A stretch of 64,000 nucleotides of DNA from Candidatus Dormiibacterota bacterium (GTDB lineage Bacteria; Chloroflexota; Dormibacteria; Aeolococcales; Aeolococcaceae). How positions within the stretch are numbered: the first letter of the stretch is position 1; every line of letters starts with the position of its first letter. The stretch lies in NCBI GenBank assembly GCA_963718525.1, contig OY970355.1, positions 2,272,001-2,336,000 of the forward strand. The letters run 5' to 3'. The translations under genes were made by a program, and so were the position numbers. Of this stretch, positions 1 through 10,275 are shown piece after piece. Under the pieces are notes generated by a model. The model saw only the letters and a program-made list of their open reading frames with translations, ran no database searches and was not told the origin of the DNA.

Positions 1-179
1 ATCTGTAACGGCGACGGCAGATCGGTGTCGAGCATGGGCTCCGGCATGACCGTTCTACTTGTAGCTGGGCACCCTTACGAAATGGTGAAGGGCAATCGAC
101 GGGCTGCTGAGACACGCTGTGCCACGGCCGCGCGACTTCATCGCAGCCCTCAGGGTGGCTGGTTGCCACCAATCGTGGC

Positions 180-1019
180 TCACGAGCCGTTCGGCGCTCT
201 CGGTACGATGAGTGCCAGGGGAGACCGCGCGATGGTAGTCGCCTGCGCTGCCGTCAGGCGACCGTCGCTCACCAGACGCTGCAACACGTAGCCCATCCGC
301 TGCACGGCAGCAGTGAGATGGCCAAACGGATCAAGCGCGCTCGGCGCCTGTACCAATCCGGCCAGCAGCGCCGCCTGGGTCCAGCTCAGCTGCAGGGGAG
401 GAGTACCAAAGTAACCCAGGCTCGCGGCGCGAATCCCGTAGAAGCCGTGGCCGAAGTATGCGGCCCCGAGGTACATCGACAGAATCGCCGCTTTCGTGTA
501 ATGGGTATCGAACTGCAGGGCGAGTGACACCCGGTGCATGCGGCCCCACAACCCGTCTGTCTCCGACGGGTACAAGAGGTGAGCGAGCTGAATTTCGATC
601 GTGCTGCCACCGGCGTCGGTGCCAGTCAGATACCCCAAGAAACCACGAACGAGGTCAGGCACGTCGACGCCGTCATTAGAGTAAAAGGTGCCGTCCTCGG
701 CTGCCACCATGGCGATTGCGATTCGCTCGGTCGGGGCGATCATTTCGGGGAGCGATCCGTGGGCGCCGTCGATCACCTCCACCACAGCGGGCGCATTGCT
801 CACGCTTGGACCCGTAGCCAGGTTGATGGCGAAGGCAGTCGCACCAGCGATCAACACCAGGAGCACGATCCGGGCCGCGATCCACCGGCGTCGACTTTTC
901 CGGCGCTGTGGCGCATGAGAGACGCTGGCGTCATCAGCAGCCTGTCGATCAGTCCCCGAAGTGGAAGCCAGCGGATCAGCTGGAGGAGCGTGAGTTTCTG
1001 AGGTTGTGACTATCGGCAC
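180..1019 (-). CDS. Monofunctional peptidoglycan transglycosylase-domain protein (GT51), no transpeptidase domain
   Basis: N-terminal TM anchor; motifs EDGTFYSNDGVD, GGSTIEIQL, YFGHGFYGIRAASLGYFG, QAALLAGLVQAPS. Confidence 0.85.
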   Translation of the reverse strand: MPIVTTSETHAPPADPLASTSGTDRQAADDASVSHAPQRRKSRRRWIAARIVLLVLIAGATAFAINLATGPSVSNAPAVVEVIDGAHGSLPEMIAPTERIAIAMVAAEDGTFYSNDGVDVPDLVRGFLGYLTGTDAGGSTIEIQLAHLLYPSETDGLWGRMHRVSLALQFDTHYTKAAILSMYLGAAYFGHGFYGIRAASLGYFGTPPLQLSWTQAALLAGLVQAPSALDPFGHLTAAVQRMGYVLQRLVSDGRLTAAQATTIARSPLALIVPRAPNGS

Positions 1020-1149
1020 AAGAGGATCGCCACGTCGCCGCGTCCTTTATAGCTCGGATGCGGGAGTCCGGTCGCGACATGATTTGCACGGTCCGCTCGC
1101 TGCCGAGCCCCGTCGGCGCCTTGACGTGTCCAATCCACTTCGCGGTGAC

Positions 1150-2361
1150 CTACTGTGTCTTCGCAGCGTGCGCCCACGCCACCTCGAAGCGCGCGCCGCC
1201 CCCGGGAAGATTCTCAACGTGCCAGGCGCCGTGGGTGCCCCGAACGACCGAATCGGCGATGGCGAGGCCGAGCCCCGCTCCCTCACCCCGGGAAGTGGCC
1301 CGATGGAAGCGCTCAAAGATCGTCGTCAGTTCGCCCGGGGGCACCCCTTCGCCGTCATTTGACACGGCGAGTCGCACTCCCTGGCGGTCAGTCTGGCGAA
1401 CCTGCACGTGCACACACCCACCGACGCGAGCATGGCGGCACGCGTTATCGATGAGGACAGCCGCCAACCGATGCACCCACTCGGGTGGCGCCGCTATGAG
1501 CACAGGCGTCGAAGGTACGTCCACGTCGATCTGCACCATGCGCTGCTTCGCGATCGCCGTAAAGCGATCCGCAGCGACGGTGGCCAGCGTCGCCAGGTCG
1601 AGTGTTTCCGACTCAGGACGCGATGGTTCCGCGTCCGAGCGCGCCAACCACAGCAGGTCCTCGATGATGCTCCGCATCCGCACGCCCTCGGTGGCGACAC
1701 GACCGAGTGCCGAGCGCAGATCGTTGTCATCTCCTGAAAGACCGAGGCTGGACTCGGCTTGGATCACGCTCAGCGGGGTCCTCAATTCATGCGAGGCGTC
1801 AGCGGTGAAGGCCAGTTGGCGCTGTCGCATACGTTCAATGGGACCGGCGACGCGCCGACCAACCAGCAAGGCACCAATGAAAACAAGGAGGAGCAGCAGC
1901 GGTCCGATGATCAGTTCCGAGACCACGAGGTTACTCATTGCGCGCGACGTCTCGGACAGGCTGGCCGCTACCACCACGCGTTCACCGTGAGGGACCGTCA
2001 TTCCCTCCAGCCGGAAGTTCGTGCCATTGACACGGCCCTCGGTGAACGCCCTTGTGGTGCGCAGATTAGTCGGTAGAGCAGGTGTGCCGACCGTCGAGGT
2101 CGTGGTGCCATTGGATCGAATCACCCACGCCAGGATTGGCTCATCGAAGTCGTGGTCGGTCGATGTCGCTAGGGCGGGGGCTACCAGACTGCCACCGAAG
2201 GTGGCGAGGCGTCCCTCGAGGCGCTGATCGACACCATCGATGAGGCTGTGCTCCACGAGGAGATCCGTCGCGGTCAGGACGGCGGCAAGCATAGCGGCCA
2301 TGAGACATGTGGCAATCGCAGCTGTGCGGATGGCGCGACTGCGCAGGGGTGCGGTGCTCAT
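1150..2361 (-). CDS. Two-component sensor histidine kinase (HisKA/HATPase)
   Basis: Two TM segments, H-box FTADASHELRTPL, N-box LIDNACRH, G-boxes NDGEG and GAGLGLAI; overlaps upstream response regulator stop. Confidence 0.95.
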   Translation of the reverse strand: MSTAPLRSRAIRTAAIATCLMAAMLAAVLTATDLLVEHSLIDGVDQRLEGRLATFGGSLVAPALATSTDHDFDEPILAWVIRSNGTTTSTVGTPALPTNLRTTRAFTEGRVNGTNFRLEGMTVPHGERVVVAASLSETSRAMSNLVVSELIIGPLLLLLVFIGALLVGRRVAGPIERMRQRQLAFTADASHELRTPLSVIQAESSLGLSGDDNDLRSALGRVATEGVRMRSIIEDLLWLARSDAEPSRPESETLDLATLATVAADRFTAIAKQRMVQIDVDVPSTPVLIAAPPEWVHRLAAVLIDNACRHARVGGCVHVQVRQTDRQGVRLAVSNDGEGVPPGELTTIFERFHRATSRGEGAGLGLAIADSVVRGTHGAWHVENLPGGGARFEVAWAHAAKTQ

Positions 2362-3023
2362 GACTCAACGAGCCGATACCCGGCTCCACGTACCGCCAGG
2401 ATGTGCACCGTCGATCCCCCCGCCATCTTGGCGCGGAGGCGAGCGACGTGGACGTCAATGGCGTTCCAGGTTGGGTCGCCCTCAGGCCACACCTGGTCAA
2501 TGATTCCCTGCCGCGAGACGACGGTGCCGGCCCTGCGCAGCAACAGTTCGAGAATCCCATACTCCCGCGGCGTCAGGCCCAGATCGCGATCGCCAATCCG
2601 CACGTTGCGAGTCGCTGGGTCCAGCGCCAGGTTGCCGAGGCGTAGCACCGCCGAACCGCCCTCGCTACCACGGCGAAGCAGCGCCCGCAGGCGAGCGAGC
2701 AGCTCGCTGAAGTCGAAGGGCTTGACGACGTAGTCGTCGGCACCTGCATCCAGACCGCGAACGCGATCCGCTGGGGCGTCATGGGCGGTGAGCAAGAGAA
2801 TGGGTAGCGTTGGCCGCCGCTGACGGACGGCTGCGATCACCTCGATACCATTGAGGCCCGGCATGCGCCAATCGAGCACGGCAGCCGCATATTCGTTGAC
2901 CATGAGCAGATGCAGCGCGTCGTCGCCGCGCGCGGCGGTGTCGACAACGTACCCGTTTTGACGGAGCCCACGAGTCAGCACTGACAGCAGCGGCGCATCG
3001 TCCTCAGCGATCAATACGCGCAT
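2358..3023 (-). CDS. OmpR-family response regulator
   Basis: Start reassigned to ATG at 3023 (MRVLIAEDD); LDWRMPG, GADDYVVKPF, winged-helix LTPREYGIL...VRGAGY. Confidence 0.95.
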   Translation of the reverse strand: MRVLIAEDDAPLLSVLTRGLRQNGYVVDTAARGDDALHLLMVNEYAAAVLDWRMPGLNGIEVIAAVRQRRPTLPILLLTAHDAPADRVRGLDAGADDYVVKPFDFSELLARLRALLRRGSEGGSAVLRLGNLALDPATRNVRIGDRDLGLTPREYGILELLLRRAGTVVSRQGIIDQVWPEGDPTWNAIDVHVARLRAKMAGGSTVHILAVRGAGYRLVES

Positions 3024-3401
3024 GGACGTTTGGCTCCCGTCGAGCCGAGTGGGCCGGCCATCGTCCCCAGTCCGGGGGCGACGAACGCCGCCTCTACCAA
3101 GATGCGGATTCGTAGGAGGGCTCGGGCGACAATAGGGGAGGCGGTGAGCGACCGGGGGGGTGGGAGAGCGCCGTGTGACGATGACCGGCGCCCAGAGAGA
3201 CGAGGCCTCTGGCGCTTGGCGGGACCTGGCATCGTTGCTGGATCCTACGAGACCCGCATTAAGGAATCCTGACGACGAGGCTTGTGGCTCCAACTCGAAC
3301 CTCAGTTGCGATGGCGCGCACTCGAGTATGTCCTCGCAACGTTCAGGGTTTCCACACGAGATTCGGTAGCCATGCATGACGCATCGCATCAAGCGTCCCG
3401 T

Positions 3402-4532
3402 TCACGATGGTCGGTAGTCGAGACCGTCGGGACGGACGAGGTGGTAGGCGGCGTTGCCGCTCCATTCCCAGACGACGCGCGAGGTAGTGGGGTCGACAAT
3501 GATGATGCGGTTGCCGAAGTCGTCGCAGATCGCGATCCGGTTGCTCGCCAGCGGGATGGCGATCGAGGGGTGGTTCAGCTGACCGGCCCCGCTCGGGGCG
3601 TAGCGCCAGAGCACCGTACCGTCGGCGGCGACCCGCAGGACGGCGCCGAACGACGAGTAGTCGGTGAGCAGCACCGAACCGTCCGGCAGTGCCATGGCAT
3701 CTGACGGATACGCTGCCGGCACACGGTGGCTCCAGCGCACGCTGCCGCTGGGGTTGAGCCAGGTGACCCAACTGCCGCTGATCTCGGTGACGACCAGCGA
3801 TCCATTGGTCGTAGGGAACGCCCCATTCGGCTCTGAGAACTGCCATGGGGGGTTATGCGAGCAGCCATGTCCGCCGAGCATTCCGATCAGCGCACCGGTC
3901 GCCCCGTTGAGATGGAGAAGGCGGCAGTTATTGATGTCGGCCATCCACACGGTTCCATCGGCCGCGGGCACCGCATCATCGGGGTTGTTGAAGTGCGTGA
4001 GGTTGTCGCCGCGACGCAGGTAGCTCCCGATCTGCCACAGGACCGCGCTTGTGAGCCGATCCACCGCCAGTGCACCCTGGCCATACTCGGAGTTGGCGAC
4101 GATGGCCGTGCATCCAGTCGTGTAGAACGCGTCGTCGGGCGCACCGAGTGGGTGCGCCAGCGGCGGTGAGCCTGTCGATAGGGTCCAGGTGACGGTGCCA
4201 CTCGGGGTGATCTCGAGGATCCGGCTCTTGCCGCTGCTCTCGGCAATGAGCAGGTGGCCGGTGAAGGGAACGTCCGGGGGCAACGCGGGCAAGGCCGCGC
4301 CCTGCCCCGGGAGCAGGCATACGAGAGGAGCCGGAATTGGCGCGGTCTTCACCGCCGGAGCGGTAGTCACCGGCACGGTAGCCACCGGCACGAGTAGCGG
4401 CGCCGACGAGCATGCCGCGACCAACATCGCCACGGTGACCGACAGGTAGCTTATTCGCGCGCGGACGGTGCTCACTGCCGACAACGGCGCCAGACAAGGC
4501 CTGCCCCTCGCAACGAGCAGAAGCCGTCGCAA
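3402..4532 (-). CDS. Secreted/lipoprotein NHL/PQQ-like beta-propeller protein
   Basis: Lipobox-like LVAAC, Pro-rich linker, repeated PDDA/PSDA/PNGA blades with G-x-V-x-W; true start may be downstream of 4532. Confidence 0.7.
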   Translation of the reverse strand: MRRLLLVARGRPCLAPLSAVSTVRARISYLSVTVAMLVAACSSAPLLVPVATVPVTTAPAVKTAPIPAPLVCLLPGQGAALPALPPDVPFTGHLLIAESSGKSRILEITPSGTVTWTLSTGSPPLAHPLGAPDDAFYTTGCTAIVANSEYGQGALAVDRLTSAVLWQIGSYLRRGDNLTHFNNPDDAVPAADGTVWMADINNCRLLHLNGATGALIGMLGGHGCSHNPPWQFSEPNGAFPTTNGSLVVTEISGSWVTWLNPSGSVRWSHRVPAAYPSDAMALPDGSVLLTDYSSFGAVLRVAADGTVLWRYAPSGAGQLNHPSIAIPLASNRIAICDDFGNRIIIVDPTTSRVVWEWSGNAAYHLVRPDGLDYRPS

Positions 4533-4547
4533 GCGCGGACCGTCAGC

Positions 4548-4757
4548 TCAACGCTCGTCAGTGTCATCCACCAGCCGCAACGCCATGGTTGGACACTCCG
4601 CAACGGCGCGCCGAGCGTGTTCGAGAAGTCCGACGCCCAGCGGTCGGTGGTCCATGATCGGATACCCCCACTCGTCAAGGCGCACGTTCTCCGGCAACAG
4701 CTCGGCGCACACGCCGAAGCCCCGACAGGCGATGGGGTTGATCGCCAGCCGGGTCAT
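4548..4757 (-). CDS. Ferredoxin (3Fe-4S/4Fe-4S single cluster)
   Basis: MTRLAINPIACRGFGVCAELLPE...AVAECPTMAL; ATG at 4757 overlaps stop of upstream gene. Confidence 0.9.
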   Translation of the reverse strand: MTRLAINPIACRGFGVCAELLPENVRLDEWGYPIMDHRPLGVGLLEHARRAVAECPTMALRLVDDTDER

Positions 4758-5986
4758 CGCCACCCTCCGCGTGATGATGGGATGGGCAGCAGCGCTGGCG
4801 CTGGGCAGGTCCTGCATGGGCCGTTGTGCACGTGCGCCCCAACCTCAGGTTCGAACACCGTCAGTAAACTCTGGACGAGCAGCGCAGCGCCGTCGGGATG
4901 GCGGCAGGCGCCCCGACCCATGAGCTCCCGGCTGCGGCGTTGCAGCAGATCAATGCGAGGGCGCGCACGGCGACGCGATGTCAGGGCGGTGAGGGCTTCC
5001 GCAATCGCTGGAAGGGCATTGACGCAGGGACCACATTGTTTTGCGCTCTCACCAGCCAGATACGTAACGATGCGGGCGGTTTCGGCAATCGGGCAGTGCT
5101 CGCTGTCGACCACGGCAAAGACACCTGCTCCCATGGGTACGTCCGTGCCGAAACCCAAGTTCCAGCATGTCTCAGCTCGAAGCCAGCGTCCGAAATAGCC
5201 CCCGGCCAGGACGGCAACCGGTGTACCAGTGACCCCATCTGCTGCTTGGACGAGCGCGCCCAAAGGAGTACCTATCACGACTTCGGTGACGCCGCCCACG
5301 ACAACGGCCCCGCTGATGGTGACTAGGGCCAGGCTGGCGCTGTCGAGATCGCGGGCGATCAGCCCAATCCGGGCCAGCGTTTCCACGTTGTGGACGAGGG
5401 TCGGCCTGCCCCATGCGCCCCTGGCGAAGGGGAACGGCGGCGCATAGGTGGGGCGGGCCGGCTTGCCTTCAATGCGCGCGATCACAGCTGTCTCCTGACC
5501 AGCTACGTACCGCGGGGGGGCGGCCACCAACGTTGGTCTCATTTCGCCCTCGAGCTGCTGGACCCGCTCGTTGAGCGCGTCGGTGATCACACGAAGGGTG
5601 TCCCGATCGCCATGCGGAACATAGACAAACGTGTCGGTTGCGCCCACCGCCTCGGCGGCGAGTCGAAGCCCATCGAGTACGAGGTGTGGTCGTATCCGGA
5701 GCAGCAGGCGATCCTTGCTGGAGCAGGGTTCGCCCTCCGAGCCGTTGGCGATCACCACCGCTGGCAGGCCCTTCGCGGCGTGACCGGCGACAGCCCTCCA
5801 CTTGCGCGCTGTGGGGAAGCCGGCGCCGCCACGCCCTCGCAAGTCGGCTCGTTCGAGTGCGCTAATCGTCCGCCACCGATCAGCCGGTGGGCGGCCAAAC
5901 CGTCGGAGATGGCTCTGCAGGGTCTCAGTATCGTCAGTCACCGGCCCAGCGAGCAGCGCACCGATCGGTGGCGCAGCGGTGATCAC
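4754..5986 (-). CDS. NuoF-like NADH-binding FMN/4Fe-4S oxidoreductase subunit
   Basis: LRGRGGAGFPTARKW, NGSEGEP..KD, YVAGQETA, PTLVHNVETL, QCGPC...GAC. Confidence 0.92.
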   Translation of the reverse strand: MITAAPPIGALLAGPVTDDTETLQSHLRRFGRPPADRWRTISALERADLRGRGGAGFPTARKWRAVAGHAAKGLPAVVIANGSEGEPCSSKDRLLLRIRPHLVLDGLRLAAEAVGATDTFVYVPHGDRDTLRVITDALNERVQQLEGEMRPTLVAAPPRYVAGQETAVIARIEGKPARPTYAPPFPFARGAWGRPTLVHNVETLARIGLIARDLDSASLALVTISGAVVVGGVTEVVIGTPLGALVQAADGVTGTPVAVLAGGYFGRWLRAETCWNLGFGTDVPMGAGVFAVVDSEHCPIAETARIVTYLAGESAKQCGPCVNALPAIAEALTALTSRRRARPRIDLLQRRSRELMGRGACRHPDGAALLVQSLLTVFEPEVGAHVHNGPCRTCPAPALLPIPSSRGGWR

Positions 5987-7017
5987 GAGGTTACGGCTGC
6001 GGTGGTCAGTGTGCCCCGAATGCCGCCATCGTCAGAAGAACCCAACTCAAGATTTACCTGGGTCGCCCCACAGACGGCGGCCACCGCCTGACCATTGAAC
6101 GTTGCGGCTGTTGAACAGACGATGGAGGTGCCCTGCATAACTCTGAGTTGGATCGGGCTGCCCACCTCGGCGGAGACGTTGAGGGTGATCTGCAGGTTCT
6201 GGGTGCCCTCTTCGACCAATGTGATCGTGCCTGACCCATCACTGTTCTGGACACCCGTCCCTCGGAGGCGAATCGCTAGTCCGACGGGCAACGAGGCCAA
6301 GCTCGATCCTGAGCCGGTTGACGGCGGCGCAGAGGACGATGCGCCCTGGCCCGCCAGGAGGCCCGTCGGCGTGCCAGCTGCGCGTGCCCAGCCCGACTGC
6401 ATCGGACCCGTGACGGTCCAGATTCCCAGCGCGGTTGATCCCACGGCGGTCAGGATGCCGGCCAGCGCTCGGACGGCGACCCACCGCAGCGGACCAGCCG
6501 CCAGCCGCATCGCGATGGCGATGACAACGGCACCAAGGCAGCCCGCGTCGAAGAAGAGTGCCCACCAAACTCGGGCGTCAGTCCCGGTTCCGAGTCCATG
6601 CACAATCGCGATCGGCCAACTGGCGTAGGCGAGCCAATGAATGGCCCGCCAGGTACGGAAGCCGAGCTTCGCGCGCAACAGGCTGGTGAGCACCAGAGCT
6701 GCGATCAACTCCGAGGCCACGACGCCCAATCCAAGCCACAACGTTCGGTACGCGGAGGTGAACGGGATGAGGGCATCGCTGAGGCCCAGATGGGCAAAGG
6801 GATCCAGAACGGCAGTCGCCACGTGGAGGACGATGAACACCACTGCGGTCAGGGACAGAAATCTGTGCATGGCCTGGGAGAGGAACACCGGCCAGTCCGG
6901 CGATGCCCAGCGCGCGCTGAGAAGGACCCCGAGAACCACGACGGCGGTCAAGAGCAGCAGGGACACCATGCCGGAGCCCCGGGTCACGTACCAGAGCACA
7001 CTTGGATTCGAAGCCAT
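5983..7017 (-). CDS. Ferric reductase-like (MsrQ-like) transmembrane heme protein with extracytoplasmic C-terminal extension
   Basis: Start at ATG 7017 (MASNPSVLWYVTRGSG); conserved His in MHRFLS, LHV, WRAIHWLAY, VHGLGTGTD. Confidence 0.88.
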   Translation of the reverse strand: MASNPSVLWYVTRGSGMVSLLLLTAVVVLGVLLSARWASPDWPVFLSQAMHRFLSLTAVVFIVLHVATAVLDPFAHLGLSDALIPFTSAYRTLWLGLGVVASELIAALVLTSLLRAKLGFRTWRAIHWLAYASWPIAIVHGLGTGTDARVWWALFFDAGCLGAVVIAIAMRLAAGPLRWVAVRALAGILTAVGSTALGIWTVTGPMQSGWARAAGTPTGLLAGQGASSSAPPSTGSGSSLASLPVGLAIRLRGTGVQNSDGSGTITLVEEGTQNLQITLNVSAEVGSPIQLRVMQGTSIVCSTAATFNGQAVAAVCGATQVNLELGSSDDGGIRGTLTTAAVTS

Positions 7018-7030
7018 CAGACGGTCGGCA

Positions 7031-7315
7031 TCACGAGCCGCCGGAGACGACGATCGGCGCCGAACCGTTCTGGCCGCCGAGGCCGCCTTGATCAGGGGGC
7101 TGGAGTGGCTGCAAGCCTGACTGTGACGCCACGCCGACGCCAGACCCCGGACCGGTGGCGCTCGACCCAGTCGCTCGACCAGGGATGCTGCTGGCGGCGA
7201 ACAGAGCGAGCACCGCTGTGGCGACGGCGGCGCCAAATGCACACCACGTGCGCAGTTCTTTCGCTCGGGCCAGACCGCGGTCGCGCTGTGCGCGGCGCGC
7301 GTGCTGCTCGGACAT
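7031..7315 (-). CDS. Small single-TM exported protein ending in VVSGGS (candidate flavinylation-type substrate)
   Basis: MSEQHARR..., one hydrophobic helix, Gly/Ser linker, C-terminal SGGS; first gene of the redox operon. Confidence 0.65.
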   Translation of the reverse strand: MSEQHARRAQRDRGLARAKELRTWCAFGAAVATAVLALFAASSIPGRATGSSATGPGSGVGVASQSGLQPLQPPDQGGLGGQNGSAPIVVSGGS

Positions 7316-7611
7316 ACGCCCAGGGTATGAACCGTCCCTGTCGGTTTTCTGACGTTCCGCGGGCGGGTGTGATTCGGAGCCGGAATCTTCACAGTGGGCG
7401 AGCCGCACACAATCGACTGCGTCGACGCCGATTCCTAAAGTGCGGCCCTGGGGTCGCGGTTCAGGTCAAGTGGCCAGGGCGGCCAGCCCCTCGACGGCAC
7501 GGTCTCAGTCGCTCGTGTACCGCGCTGCCACGGCTCGACGGCTTCGCGCGCCAGTAACCCACTGTGGCGCTCACGGCTGCAGCGCGGCAGGAGTGCATCG
7601 CGACTTTGATC

Positions 7612-7780
7612 GAGCCACAAGGCACGGCGTCCGTTTGCGTTGATTGCTTCGGCGAGTCACGTCGGGGCCATCGACGCCATGGGGCGGGACCAACGTACCG
7701 CGACTATGCCGAGGCAGACTGGTTCGCATCGGATCGGCGATCACATCGATGAGGTCGCAGCGGGAGCGCTCGAACTGTTT
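7612..7780 (+). pseudogene. Isolated 3' fragment paralogous to the USP gene at 43489-44076
   Basis: Ungapped alignment to 43902-44070, about 78% identity by hand count; peptide SHKARRPFALIASASHVGAIDAMGRDQRT..RQTGSHR. Confidence 0.75.
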
Positions 7781-7901
7781 GCACAACGTTTGGAGTCACC
7801 CGTTTGCGTTCCAAGACGATGGGGCGGGTGGACCGTATCCGATTATCTGTGAAGGCTGCTCTTGCAGTGCGATCGAGATATACCCCAACCTGAGGGCGAT
7901 T

Positions 7902-8357
7902 TCATTCATGTGGATGGAGCATGGGCGTAATGAACAGGATGGTCGCGTAGCAGAGAACGGCAACTCCGGTCGCAAGAGCCATGACGAGAGAAGCTCCGTT
8001 GCCCATGTCGCCGACAAACCGACCGCCGGAAACCCATGCCAGGAGGATTGCGCTCAGGGCGATCGTTGCGATCGCTACTAAGGTCAGCTGACGGGCAAGC
8101 GATGCTCGGACGACCACAGAGACCCCGGTGACGATAAGCAGTGTGCCGAGGAGGGCGTGCAGGATGAGCACCAGGGGGCCACCTGTCACGGACGCGCCGA
8201 ACGCTGCGACGAGCCCTTTGCCGTGATCTGATGCAGGCACCTCGGCGTAGAGGTTGACACCTACGCCGAGACCAAACTCGATGAGCAGCATGACGGTGGC
8301 GGCGAATGAATTCGCACGCAAGCCCGTGATCCTCTTGACGCCGGCGGAGCCGGTCAT
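7902..8357 (-). CDS. Hypothetical 4-TM membrane protein
   Basis: ATG at 8357 overlaps SDR stop (ATGA); four hydrophobic segments. Confidence 0.7.
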   Translation of the reverse strand: MTGSAGVKRITGLRANSFAATVMLLIEFGLGVGVNLYAEVPASDHGKGLVAAFGASVTGGPLVLILHALLGTLLIVTGVSVVVRASLARQLTLVAIATIALSAILLAWVSGGRFVGDMGNGASLVMALATGVAVLCYATILFITPMLHPHE

Positions 8358-9437
8358 CGAGTTATCTGAGCAGACTTGGCAGCAGCCCGCAGCTCGTTCC
8401 CGACGCACTCGACGCGCTCTGGAAACCTTGAATCAGCGAAACGCCGGGGTAGTTCTCGTCGCTCGTTCCCATCGAAATATCGTCCTACCACATCGGCCGG
8501 CTCGGCGAAAACAAGCGCCTCACAGTGCCGAGCGGCTCGCACAGGGTCTGCGCGACGTTGGAAGAACCGGACGATTGGGAAGATATAGCGCCAAGCAGGT
8601 ACGGCTTCGGGGGTAAGAGACTGAGTCATCGGAGTCCAGGCCATGCCGGGGTTCACTGTGGTCGCGATTAGTTCGCCTGGGGACACCCGACGAGCGACTC
8701 CCATGGTCCATAGCAGCGTAAACAGCTTTGCCCGTCCGTGGACATAGATGCCGACGTAGTTCTTCTCTGCTTGAACGTCGTCGAACGGATCCCCCTTGGT
8801 CATCTTGAACGAGCTCGACACAACGTTCACGCAGCGAACCTGACCAGAGCGAGTGGCCAGCAGGGGTATGAGAGCCTCCGTCAAGACAAAAGGCGCGAGG
8901 AAGTTCACCGCCAGCGTCATCTCATAGCCGTCTTCGGTGAGCAGCCGCTTCGGAAAGATGCCGCCGACGTTGTTAACGAGCACGTCGAGGTGATCGAACC
9001 GAGATGCAATCAGCCGCGCGAGACTTCTCGTTTGCGGCAATCGTCGAATGATCAACGGGCACAAACTCCACCTGACCGTGCCCTGCCAGTTCGCGAATCG
9101 CGCGGACGGCGTCCGCTCCTCGCGCAGGATCGCGCCCGGTGATCAACACTGTCGCTCCGCGGAGAGCGAGGAGACGCGCGGTCTGGAATCCGATCCCTGC
9201 TGTCGCGCCGGTGACCACGGCCGACTTGCCAGTAGGCTCGGCATGAAGCGAGAACGTCGGCTTGGCGAGGTCGAAGCGGCTTCCGGGGACTTCTGGAACG
9301 CGGTCCTCTCCGGGCGCCCCGGAGGACAGTCCGATTGGCCCGAGGTTCTGTCGTCCTGCCGTATCGGTGTCCACGCCGTCAAGGGAGACGACCTTCCCGT
9401 CTGCTGTGCCCGCGGCAGTACCTTCGATCGGGGGCAT
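8354..9437 (-). pseudogene. Short-chain dehydrogenase/reductase (retinol-DH-like), frameshifted near 9028
   Basis: VVTGATAGIG in ORF 8973..9443 continues as LDVLVNNVGG...AVNFLAP...HGRAK in ORF 8354..9064; one extra base at AACGAGAAGTCTC. Confidence 0.85.
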
Positions 9438-9518
9438 GATCAACTAGCGTCCCTTTTTAGGATTCTCTCAGACTGCCTGTATGATTAAAGCAATACGACT
9501 AGGAACTTGTCAACCCGG

Positions 9519-10121
9519 ATGAGCCCACGCCCTTACCAACTTGGCAAACGCCAGGACCAGATCGACCAAAGCCGCCAGCGCATCGTTGACGCTGCGCGGT
9601 CCCTACTCGCCGAAGCGACCACCTACACCGACTTCACCATGGATTCTGTGGCCCGAAGGGCCGACGTCGCCCGGGCAACCGTCTACTACCAGTTCGAATC
9701 GAAAACCGGTCTGCTCGAAGCGCTCTGTGACGACCTGGCTGAGGAGGCCCAGATGTCCGGGCTGGCGGAGGCGTTCGCAGCCCCCGACCCGATCGAGGCC
9801 CTGCGCCTCTTCATCGCTTCATTTGGTCGCTTCTGGGCCATCGACCGTCCGGTCATGCGCCGCTTACGAGCCCTCGCGGCGCTAGACCCAGAGGTAGAAG
9901 CAGTCATCGCGGCGAGGGATGCGCGGCGGCGTACGGGCTTGGTGGTGCTTCTCGGCAAGCGGCCCAACGACGCTGTCGCCCGTCCAGAAAGGGACCGAGC
10001 CGCTGAGATGCTCTATACCATCACGAGCTTCGAAACCTTCGACACACTGGCAGGACCTGATCAGGAACTCACGGCTGTCGTTGGCGATGTCGTCTACATC
10101 GCAGAACGCCTGCTGGCGTGA
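9519..10121 (+). CDS. TetR/AcrR family transcriptional regulator
   Basis: HTH FTMDSVARRADVARATVYYQFESK; divergent from SDR. Confidence 0.92.
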   Translation: MSPRPYQLGKRQDQIDQSRQRIVDAARSLLAEATTYTDFTMDSVARRADVARATVYYQFESKTGLLEALCDDLAEEAQMSGLAEAFAAPDPIEALRLFIASFGRFWAIDRPVMRRLRALAALDPEVEAVIAARDARRRTGLVVLLGKRPNDAVARPERDRAAEMLYTITSFETFDTLAGPDQELTAVVGDVVYIAERLLA

Positions 10122-10275
10122 GCCAGCGCTGGCACGACTGAATGGCTGACGGACTCGGCCGAGGAAGACGCTGCTGTCTCACCTGGGGTGCAACCGAAAC
10201 ACTCGGCGAATGGGCATCCCGCGTCACGCCCCGCGGGTCGGGGTTTCGTGCCGCTGCCGGCATAGCTGCCGTCAC

